From positions 278,273-342,272 of the forward strand of contig NW_004797973.1 of NCBI RefSeq assembly GCF_000002075.1: DNA of 64,000 bases, written 5' to 3'. The notes under the pieces were generated by a model. That model saw nothing but the letters and a program-made list of their open reading frames with translations, had not been told where the DNA came from and ran no database searches. Both the position numbers and the translations under genes were made by a program. Shown piece by piece: positions 11,345-21,796 of this stretch. This DNA is from Aplysia californica (Eukaryota). Position 1 is the stretch's first letter; every line of letters begins with the position of its first letter.

Positions 11345-14300
11345 CTGGGAGAGAAAAAACAAAAATGTAGTAATAGCCCTTTTGTCGCACACCCAGGAAC
11401 AGATGCAAGCAAAGACTTCAGTATTAAACAGCATTTCAGAGTCTGTTGGATTGAGGATCCACCCAGGAAAGTCAAAGGTCCTAAGGACAGAAGCACAACG
11501 AAAGGAGCAGGTCACAATAGAAGGAAATGCACTAGAAGATGTTGAATCCTTCTGTTAATCTTGTAAGTACAATTGACAGAGAGGAAGGTACAGGTGCTGA
11601 AATAGAGCCCTGAATTGGATAAACACAGGCAGCTTTCATATCTTTGAATAGGATTTGGAAAACCAAAACCAGGGATATCTCACTCCGAACAAAACTGAGG
11701 ATTTTCAATTCAAATGTGAAGTCAGTCCAGTTGTATGGATGTGACACATGGAACGTTTCAGACTTGCATAAAGAGGATCCAGGTTTTCTTGAACATATGT
11801 CTAAGAAAGTTACTGAGGATCAGATGGACAGACAGGGTCACCAAAGAGGAAGTGTTAAGGAAAGCAAGAGAGGTCTCAGTCAGAAATGATTTGGGAAGAA
11901 GGCGGTGGCGATAGATTGGACGTACTCTCAGGAAGTCAGGCGGGTGCATAACAAAGAAAGTGTTGGATTGTTATCCAGAGGGTAAAAGATCAATGGGAAG
12001 ACCGCATGGAACCTGGAGAAGAATCACAGAAATTGATGTACAGAAAAGTGGGAAAACATGGAATATCATCAACAGGCTAGCCCAGGACAGAGAAAGGTGG
12101 AAAGTGTTTGTTCGTGGCCTATACCCTGGTGCAGGGTGAGAAAGTGTTTGTCCGTGGCCTATACCCTGGTACAGGGTGAGAAAGTGTTTGTTCGTGGCCT
12201 ATACCCTGGTACAGGGTGAGAAAGTGTTTGTTCGTGGCCTATACCCTGGTACAGGGTGAGAAAGTGTTTGTTCGTGGCCTATACCCTGGTACAGGGTGAG
12301 GAAGTGTTTGTTCGTGGCCTATACCCTGGTACAGGGGGAGAAAGGCAATGACGGGTGATGATTTGTATAACGCACATNNNNNNNNNNNNNNNNNNNNNNN
12401 NNNNNNNNNNNNNNNNNNNNNNNNNNNNNNNNNNNNNNNNNNNNNNNNNNNNNNNNNNNNNNNNNNNNNNNNNNNNNNNNNNNNNNNNNNNNNNNNNNNN
12501 NNNNNNNNATTATTACCCCAGCAGATCATATAATTAGAACATTCCGAAACATTCACAGCTTCCCGGGAAGCATACCAAAACATAAATATATATGTAAGCA
12601 ATCAGTTTCTAATCTAAGAACTATTGTGGGTCATGCACGTGCAATTTACCATGTCAGGCGTTTTTTCCCCCCCCTTCATCAATTGCTTTTTTTTTTGTCT
12701 TGCCATTTACTTTAAATAGAATTTAGTGTATGGTTGGAACACTGTTACAGCCGAGCATGTCTGTCCAAAATCTTGCTATACTCTAAAAGAACTTTTCCAC
12801 TATACATTTTAAGAGACCGGAAACAAGGATTTATTATAAGCCTGTTATAGCCAAAATCTGTTATAACATGAGAGTTATTGGGACCCACTGTAAGTGTATA
12901 AGCAGCAAAGAGCTAAAACGACTGTCCTGTCGGCAGTCAAGCAATAGCGTAAACTCTTTTCTCTCTGGATCACACCTCAGTGACAACTAGCACACACCAC
13001 GTCCGGTCCAGGTCTAACCTCAATGACAACTAGCACACACCCCGGTCTGGGTCACACCTCAATGACAACTAGCACACACCCCTGTCCGGGTCTAACCTAA
13101 ATGACAACTGGCACACACACCGGTCCGGGTCACACCTCAATGACAACTAGCACACACCCCGGTCCGGTCCAGGTCACACCTCAATGACAACTACCACACA
13201 TCTCGGCCCGGATCACACCTCAATGACAACTACCACACATCTCGGCCCGGATCACACCTCAATGACAACTGTCACACATCTCGGTCCGAATCACACCTCA
13301 ATGACAACTACCACACATCTCGGCCCGGATCACACTTCAATGACAACTACCACACATCTCGGCCCGAATCACACCTCAATGACAACTACCAAACATCTCG
13401 GTCCGAATCACACCTCAATGACAACTACCACACATCTCGGCCCGAATCACACCTCAATGACAACTACCACACATCTCGGTCCGAATCACACCTCAATGAC
13501 AACTACCACACATCTCGGTCCGAATCACACCTCAATGACAACTATCACACATCTCGGCCCGAATCACACCTCAATGACAACTGTCACACATCCTGGTTCA
13601 CAACTTTTGGCTCACCTGATGTTCGTTGATCTGTAAGATGTCTCGTGTGACGGTGATGCCATTGTCCGTGTGTTCTGCCAGACTGACACCACAGACAACC
13701 TGGCTACAGGGATTCTGAGCCTTCTGCTTTTCAATATGCTCTCCCAGATGCTCCTGGAAAAAAACCCCGGAATAATAAATTAAGACATAAAGCTGATATC
13801 ACAACGTATACTAAATTTAACCAATTGTGCTTTACACACCTGACCTCACTTGCAGTGTTATTGAATGGCAGGAAAACTATTGCACAAGACAGTAAAAAAC
13901 ATTTTTTTTTCATTACCCGGTGCGCATTTCCATCAGCCATTGTTGTGCCATCAAGTGAGCAAAATATTCTAAAAATAATAATGGATTTTACTTCTTTTGT
14001 AATTTTTTTCTAAATGTGATCTCCCAAGGTGTCTTGTACATTAAATACCGGAAAAGCAAACGGTAGTCTTTTCTGTGAATTCAAACAATACAATGTTCTC
14101 GGAACAAAATCATATCATAACTTTGCATTATAGTATTATAATGCCAATGTCCAAGTCGCTATGTTTTTCCTGTTTGATCATATAAAGCATTAAACCCCCC
14201 CCCCCCCCCAAAAAAAAATTTCCAAGTTTATCAAAAGAATTAAGAGACCTTTCTCTACTTTTCCCTTTTTTATCCTGACAATGTTACAGAAAAAAATCCT

Positions 14301-15045
14301 ATCATTTAAGTTTTATCAGATAAATAGACTAGTACTGGAAACTGGCCTTGACAGGCGGTAATTAGTTTTGATTTTCAGCAACTTGACTGACAATGGAAAT
14401 ATTTTAATCAACTCTTTAACTCCGTCAGGCTGCTCCTAACGGCTGCGGTCAGAAAGAAAAAGCATCAGTTCCCTGTTGTAGTTTCGGCACAGTTATGAGC
14501 ATGACATTGTTGGATCAGCCCATTTACAATTCTACTGTGCATAAGAATGAGAAATGACCCCCCTTTGGAAATAGCCTAAAGATACTTCAGTCAGTGGCAC
14601 CGTCCCGTGGGGGTTTGGCAATTGCAGTTGCTGAAATCAGGTCTCTTTTATCAGGATTTCATTCATTAGATGAAGACCTATCAAAACAGGTTCACTTGTT
14701 TTGATCTTAAAATGACAAATTTAGAAACGTTTTTGTCATTTTTAGATTTAGTACCAAAAAACAGCCCTGGCATAGTGGGTTTACCCCCCCCCCCCCCCTC
14801 CGGAAATAAAGAGTCAATTATGCTAAAATGATGCAAACCCTCAGCAATATTTTTATCCTGACAGACAAAATAAGAAAAATCACATCATGTATAATATCCC
14901 TGTGCTGTGATAAAGTAAGGAAATCAATGAACCATCTTACCAGCAGCATGGAGCGCAAGAAAAATTCCGTTCCGCATGAGGCACACTTGTACGGATTGAC
15001 AAGGTGGATGACGATGTCGTTGGGACCCACATCGGGCTGTGCCAT
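7805..15045 (-). CDS. Multi-C2H2 zinc-finger protein, ~1260 aa, ~19 fingers; join(complement 14941-15045, 13616-13753, 7805-11344)
   Basis: The long ORF 7805-11515 has ~18 CxxC-x12-HxxxH/C motifs. The true acceptor is ttttttctctcccAG at 11345-11346. Two upstream phase-0 GT-AG exons join to give an extra finger, YKCASCGTEFFLRSMLL|EHLGEH. There is an in-frame stop upstream of ATG 15045. Confidence 0.9.
11560..12365 (+). mobile_element. RTE-clade LINE 3' fragment with a tandemly amplified 3' end
   Basis: ISLRTKLRIFNSNVKSVxLYGCDTW, RRRWR, GKRSMGRP, RLAQDRERWKVFV motifs. Confidence 0.8.
12100..12343 (+). repeat. Minisatellite, 40-bp unit x ~6
   Basis: GAAAGTGTTTGTTCGTGGCCTATACCCTGGTACAGGGTGA repeated at period 40. 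Confidence 0.95.
12378..12508. other. Assembly gap (others at 50174-50419, 55183-55282, 61589-61814)
   Basis: Runs of N. Confidence 1.
12968..13592. repeat. Minisatellite, ~39-bp unit x ~15
   Basis: ATGACAACTACCACACATCTCGGCCCG(G/A)ATCACACCTCA. Confidence 0.95.
13616..13753 (-). CDS. Zinc-finger gene coding exon 2 (EHLGEHIEKQKAQNPCSQVV...LQINEHQ)
   Basis: Acceptor tttttttccAG, donor GTGAG, 138 nt, phase 0/0; supplies both His ligands of the split finger. Confidence 0.8.
14941..15045 (-). CDS. Zinc-finger gene coding exon 1 (MAQPDVGPNDIVIHLVNPYKCASCGTEFFLRSMLL)
   Basis: ATG at 15045, donor GTAAGA at 14940; encodes the first half of a C2H2 finger completed by the next exon. Confidence 0.8.
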
Positions 15046-16156
15046 CCTGACAGAGATCTCAACTGGCAAAACTCTCAGCCCTCACAGTTCCGCCATAATA
15101 AAAGGTAACCTCTTTGGATTTTAATCTGTTTACAATAAATAATAATTAATTGGGTAAAATCTTGTATGAAGAAAGATATTCATATTGGCACTTGAGGGAT
15201 CCACAAAATCTTTATTCTGTCTCAGTGTTGGAAAATACAGGGAATAAAGAGAACAAAGTGATGTTATGACTCCAACATAAAGTCATAAAGTGCCACCATG
15301 CGATGGAATCAGGCATTTGTCAAGTATTGGGCCTTTCGAGTTATTCGTATCATTTGAAAGCCGATTCATTTGCCTTGCTTCCAATGAAAAAAATTAATGT
15401 ATATCCAACTATCTTGAATAGAAGTCAAGGTCACTGCGATTGAAGGAGGAGAGGTCGCCTGGTTTCAGTTTTGAAATTAGAGAGAAAATGGCTGCGAAAG
15501 TTTGGTAACTCCAATAGCTAATAATAGTATTTGAATTTGAAAATTCACAAATCCATAGCAAACATAGATATTAAAAACTTTATCATCAACCCATTAAATA
15601 AGATATATAAAGTGGTCAGGCTCAGGTGTGCGTCAACTGGGCACTCTTTGAGAGAAGTCCCGGCTGAACTCCATAGAAATTTATAGACACAAAACGGAAA
15701 CAAAAAGAGGAAGTCAAGTAAATAGGGCAACTGGTAAATATATAGAAAAGGTACAAACCCATTTTAAACTATTTTTCGGCACTATTTCAATGTTTTTTAG
15801 TGTGCTGAGAACAACATTGGCCTTAAAAAAATGTCACAAACCATTATTTTTGTGAATATAATGTGAAGCGTGCTGATAAAATTAGTTGCTTCTCGGATTC
15901 AAGCCTTATGGGAAAAAAAATCACGCGTTACAAGAGAAGTTTGTACACTTCATTAGTATGATTCATGAAATAATAAAAGGCATATAAGAAATTAAAGAAA
16001 TATGGCATTTAATAAAAATTCAGCAAATTTGACCCTGGGTCAATTTCCGTCGAAATCTCTATTTGTGGATAGCGAGAAGTAACTCGCTCATTCTGTCCGG
16101 GTCCGCACGCCTCACATAGGCCTACATAGCAGGGGGTAAATCCCTCTTCGCTTGCG

Positions 16157-16193
<37 letters not shown>

Positions 16194-17239
16194 CCCCTTT
16201 TTTGGCAACTTCCGTTTTTGTTTCCGATTGTGTACATAAAATGAGAATAATGAAAATTTCTATGGAGTTATGCCGGGACCACTTCCCAACTGTAGAAGTC
16301 TAAGAGATAACTCCTTGATTAAGTCTGTGGGTAGCCTAATAAACATTACATTTTGCTGTGGCATGGTTGTGGTACTGGTAAGGTAACAAAATGAAAATGT
16401 CACTAGAATCTAGATCTAGATCTAAATTCAGAATTAGAGAGATGACAGCTTGACAAAAGGAAGCAAACAAACACAATAAAGAAGAGATGTAACCCTCAGG
16501 CCTGACCCTGTTACTGTCCCTACCCCCCCAACCAACCCCTCAGGCCCAGGCTACCCCTCAGGGTGATTGTTAAGATTCCCGCGTTTAATTCCAATTTGCG
16601 TTTGTTAGTAGGGTTGGGGTCAGGGTTCTACTACTGTCTCATAGTGGTCCCTCGTTACGGAAGTCCTCCCAACAACACAATTAGACTAGGCTATAAAACA
16701 ATATTAAAAACAATCCACACCTGACTGGGGGGAGGGTAGAGGTAGAATCTAGGAACTGTGTGTAAGTGTGTGTGTAGGAGAAAACAGACTAGAATCTATA
16801 TCTAGATCTAGAGCCTATGTACGGCATACCGTCACCTTAGTGTTTTGTGATGACTATTTCCGGAAGTGAACTTTTGTATTACCATAACTTCGGCTCTTTC
16901 AAAAACATTGACCCAAAATTTAGTTTTGTTGAGAGGCCAGCCTTTCCTGTAGGTGTGAGGTGAAGATTTTAGTCAGATAGTGTATAAAGAAGACCCCTAA
17001 CCGAGACTTGACACATGTCCTGACATGTACCCCATATCGTCACGTGTCGGGTTTTCTGTCATGGTATGTACCCCATACCGTCACCCACTACACCCCATAC
17101 CATCACACCCAAATTGAAGCACAACTAGGCGTTTGAAAAAAGGAAAGAAGGAAAGACGTACTCCTTTTGTACAGTGGGCCTAAGAGTACTAAGACAACTA
17201 ATGTTTATTGACATACTAAAAAGAATAACCACCAAAACA

Positions 17240-19210
17240 GACACACATACATCTTACTCACACATAGATCTAGGTACATGAATGTTTCATTTTACTCTTC
17301 CAGACATATCACAAACTCATATGAACATCTCCCTCACACACAGGTACATGAAGGCTTCATTTTACTCTTCCTCACATATCACAACAAACTCACTTGAACA
17401 TCTTTTACTCACACACAAGCTCTTGAATGCTTCATTTTACTCTTACACACATATCACAAACTCATATGAACATCTTCCTCACACAAAGGTACATGAATGC
17501 TTCATTTTACTCTTCCCCACATATATCACAACAAACTCACTTGAACCAGATTCGTTTAAAATCGCTCTTGTAAAACCGTTGCTAAAGAAGCAAAACTTAG
17601 ATCAGAATGTCTTAAAGAACTATAGACCTGTTTCAAATCTACCTTTTTTTGTCTAAAATCCTTGAAAAGGTTGTCCCCGAGCAGCTTCGTCATCACTTAC
17701 AAGAAAACAATCTGTTAGAGCCATTCCAGTCTGCCTATCGAGCTAACCACAGCACAGAAACAGCACTTCTTAAAGTCATGAATGACATGCTTACTGATTG
17801 TGATTCAGGAAAAGTTGTTTTGCTGAGCCTTTTAGATCTATCAGCAGCTTTTGATACATATTGACCATCACATTTTATTGAAGCGATTAGAAGTGTCTTT
17901 TGGAATATCCGGGACTGCCCTTAGCTGGTTTTCTTCTTACCTGTCAAATCGTTACCAATCTGTTTTTATTAAAGGGCTTAAGTCATCAGATCATGCTCTT
18001 AAGTATGGGGTCCCCCAGGGCTCAGTCCTCGGTCCAATTTTGTTCACCATTTATACTCCACCACTTGTCAAGGAAATAGTTAAAATATGACTTAAAATAC
18101 CATTTCTATGCTGATGATACCCAAATTTATGGTTCAACATTGTTTACCAACTTAGATGAACTTATCCATCGTGCTGAAAATTGTATTGCCTTAGTGAAAA
18201 ACCGGATGAACAAAAATAAATTGATGTTAAATGATGATAAAACAGAAGTCATTCTGGCAGGCAATGCAAAGTCTGTTAAAGAGGTTGACCATGATCACAT
18301 TAAAATTGGTGATGCAAAAATTTTATTTTCAAGAAAAGTTAAGAATCTTGGCATCTATTTTGATTCTTATTTGTCAATGTCGGCTGAGGTAAATCATCTG
18401 ATCAGCTGCATGTATTTAGAAATAAGAAAAATTAATAAAATACGTCATCTGATCAATACCAAGTATACTGCTTTACTAGTAACTAGCTTAATTTTATCTT
18501 AACTCGATTTATTGTAACTCCTTGTTATCAGGAATATCACTGGAGAAAGTTAAAAAACTTCAAACTGTCCAAAACAATGCAGCACGTTTAGTTTTACGGA
18601 AAAGAAAGCGAGACTCTGCTAAACCTCTTTTACGAACTTGGCATTGGCTTCCTGTTGAGAAAAGGATTGTGTACAAGTTGGCCACCATATGTCACAAATG
18701 TTTGAATGATAATGCACCATCATATTTATCAAATCTGTTAAGACTGTACATTCCAACTCGCAGTTTAAGGTCATCAGCTGACAAAAAGAAATTTATTTTA
18801 CCATCTATGAAACTTAAAACAATGGGTGAAAGGGCATTTGAATACCAAGGCCCCAAGATCTGGAATGCTTTACCAAGTACGTTGAGAGAAATCAAATCTT
18901 TTGATTCATTCAAAGGTCAGCTGAAGTCGTTTCTGTTTTTAAATTAATAAGATGAATATTTGGAATAATTTTCTTTAGTCAGAACACAACGTTTCATGTT
19001 ACTGTTGTATGTTGTACTGTATTGTAAAGCACTCAGAGCCTGTGTACTTTATTAGGGGTTGAGCGCTATATATAAATGTCATTTATTATTATTATTATTA
19101 TTATTAACATCTTTTACTCACACACAAGTACTTGAATGCTTCATTTTACTCTTCCACATGTATCACAACAAACTCACATCATGAACATCTTACTCGCACA
19201 CATACATGAA
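17240..19210. repeat. Diverged ~60-bp tandem array split by the L2 insertion (17240-17545 and 19106-19210)
   Basis: Units ...TGAATGCTTCATTTTACTCTTC...CATATCACAACAAACTCA on both sides of the LINE. Confidence 0.75.
17546..19105 (+). mobile_element. 5'-truncated L2/CR1-type LINE, reverse-transcriptase pseudogene
   Basis: [56 protein letters not shown] and LHWLPV-like motifs across frameshifted ORFs; (TTA)n tail. Confidence 0.92.
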
Positions 19211-20255
19211 TTTCCTTGTTGTTTCTTCTTCTTCTTCCCTGTTCTCTGCTTCTCCAACTTCGTTACTTTTTCTCCTCTTTTCTCTTCTTCCTTCTCCACC
19301 CTTTTCTCTCCCTTTCTCTCTTCCTCTTTTCCACTTCTTCCTTTTTCTTTTCTTCTTCCAATTTCTTCGCCTCCTCCCATGCTTTGTACTTTGCCCGTAA
19401 GACATGTATGTAGGGGCCTTAGCCCGCTTCTCTGTGTTGAAACCTTAGATAGTTCCAGCTTGCTGGTATGGGCAGGTTGATGAACGAGGGGGCAGGAATG
19501 AGTTGATTTTACAAATCAAGGTACTTTCTGTATGCCCCCTCGTTCTCCTTAGGTTCGATTTTGTGCCAATGGCAACGGCGGACCCAATGCATGTCTGATG
19601 CCATCCATCCAGTGGCAATGGCGTGATCAATTAGACTGTCAAGGACAAAGCAAAAGTGTTGTCCTGAGGCAGTTTTTGGGGGGCTTGGGGTGTCACCAGA
19701 GTTTCATCTTCCAATGGTCTCAATGCCTGCTCGGGTAGACAATAGACATAGTCCTGGTTATCCACAGGATCCCGAGCTGGGGTCGAAACCAAAGGTAGCT
19801 GAAACTCTGCTGCAGGATCCAGGAAGTCCTCGGAGGTACATTCGATCCCCGAGAATTCCAGACCTGTGGTCGAAAAGTCTAGGGCATCAACTGACCACTC
19901 ACAACTAGAGACAAGGGCAGTTGGGGGAGGGCCAGCAAGTTTTTCTTCTGAAACAGAAGCAGTAGGAGCAGGAACAATATCACAACATGTGGAAACAGTG
20001 GCTGGAAGAACATCATCACAACATGTGTATACATTGGACAGAGGAACATCATCATCATCATTACATACAACGGGATAGAGTTTCCTTCATATAAATTTGT
20101 TTCAAACATTAAAAAAGAACAATCTAAAGTCGCTCATTTTCTAATGAATCCGTGTCTAAATAGATCTATCTAGATCTAGATCTAGATCTATATCAAATCA
20201 TAGAAACTAAAAAATCTAAAGTACTAAGATGCCATCCATAGTCCGTCAAGAAATA

Positions 20256-20388
20256 GGGTGACCTTATTTAGGCCTAAATAAGCAAAAAAAACTTCCCTTA
20301 CCTTATTTAGGCCACCTGTGGCCTAAATAAGCTAAACTCCCCCTCCCTTACCTTATTTAGGCCATATGTGGCCTAAATAAGCACTCCC
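20256..20388. mobile_element. 133-bp Mutator/Foldback-like mini element
   Basis: 9-bp TSD CAAGAAATA (20247-20255 and 20389-20397); built from CTTATTTAGGCCAC-n-GTGGCCTAAATAAG palindromes. Confidence 0.8.
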
Positions 20389-21399
20389 CAAGAAATAACT
20401 TTTTCAAGTCACGCACCATGTAAAAAATACGGTGACGGTATGGGGTACATCCATAAAAAAATTGTACCCCATATGGTCACCCCCCCTACGGGCGCCAATT
20501 GTTACAACAAAGAGCAGCGAATGGTTTGCGGCGGTAACTAGACACCTTATAAACTGAATAAAAATGCGAAACGAATCCTGCGGGTACGATTGTAGAACCA
20601 ATAGCTTATTTCCAAAAATGTATTGCGCATCTGCAAGCCGTAATGGCTGAACGCGGTTCTTACATTTGGAGATGAAATGGATCATTTCTGCTCACACAGG
20701 TGTCTGATTCTGCTCAAAATTGTTGAACTTGAAAACAAAACAATGTTGAACGGAATTGTTTAGCAGACAGCATTCCAGATTATCGCATAATTGTCTGGTT
20801 GTCCAATTTTAGGCCAAATGCGTGCCAACTGACAGTATGACGTACGTGACGGTATGCCGTACATAGGCTATAGATCTAAGTTCACTAAGAAGAAGGCAAG
20901 ACAGAAGACACTCAAGTCAAGTCAATAAATGGAAAGTCTGGAGTCAGTCTAGACTTATTGATTACTCTAGAGTAAAACAGTTCTGAAGAAATGCAACATA
21001 TAGATCTAGATCTAGAATCTAGATCTCTAGATCTAGGCCCATTTTAAGACCAAGTCTAAACTAAGAGTAAAGATGCAGCATGCATCTCACAATTTTTGGA
21101 CAATAAAATTCTGCGTATTTACCTTTTCGGAGGGAAACGTTCTGCCCAAGTTTTGGTACAAGAAAATTTACATCCCATAATTCTACCATAAAAAAGCCAA
21201 CCTGGAACATTTCTCAAAACAAAGAAACTACTATTAGAAAAAAAATTAACTTGTTCTCAAATGTTGACCAAATTGTTATAAAAATAATTTTCAAACAAGT
21301 AAATGCAGTTTTTTACGTTTTATAGGGAAATAAAATAATTAAATTAATAAAATGAAGTATTGTTGTGTCGTGGATACATGATGAATCATTTTTTTACAT

Positions 21400-21720
21400 G
21401 TACCCGTTTCAAGGGTAAGAACTCTGCCCCAATAACAAACGAAACGAACGAAGGCAAGAAGGCAAGGATCTAATTTAACGTTCTTGTTCTTAGGAAACTC
21501 GTAAAAAAAAAGGACTCACGAATTACTAGCTGAAGTTCAAAACACGAAAAACTCAGTGAAAATTGGCCTTCCTCCTGCACTGCCGTACCTATAGTTTTCT
21601 GTAGATTCCGTTTCATTTACGGATTGCAGTCTTTTTCACTGGCACTGGCTCTGGCATTGGCCATTCATTGAACGTAATCATTGTTGCCCCCTTTGACAGG
21701 ATTGTTGAATTACAGAAACA
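21400..21720. promoter_or_regulatory. Probable bidirectional promoter, zinc-finger gene / MRPL46
   Basis: Lies immediately upstream of the MRPL46 ATG. Candidate minus-strand donors of non-coding first exons at 21518 (GTGAGT) and 21122 (AAG|GTAAAT); ATTGG boxes near 21561 and 21656. Inferred, no transcript data. Confidence 0.45.
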
Positions 21721-21796
21721 ATGTCCGCCTCAACCTGCAGAAATTTCAGCAAAGCGGTCTCCTTCTTGGCTAGATGGCACAGTTCCTCCCGAGCAG
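21721..21796 (+). CDS. MRPL46: MRPL46 exon 1 (putative mitochondrial targeting peptide)
   Basis: aaacaATG; MSASTCRNFSKAVSFLARWHSSSRA with no acidic residues; donor CAG|GTGAGT, phase 1 matches exon 2. Confidence 0.8.

Larger units (their letters stand above)
16812..20869. mobile_element. ~4-kb TIR element (TIR AGCCTATGTACGGCATACCGTCAC) hosting an L2 LINE and a mini-MULE
   Basis: 24-bp perfect TIR; subterminal GTACCCCATACCGTCAC repeats at ~17028-17107 and inverted at ~20430-20448. Confidence 0.65.

Noticed and set aside
11345-11515. N-terminal extension of the 1236-aa ORF (MTCSFRC...FLFFLSQ)
   Set aside because: Intronic read-through across the polypyrimidine tract; the real N-terminus comes from two upstream exons.
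13184-13636. 150-aa repetitive ORF (MTTTTHLGPDHTS)n
   Set aside because: By-product of a 39-bp minisatellite, antisense within an intron, with no splice or promoter support.
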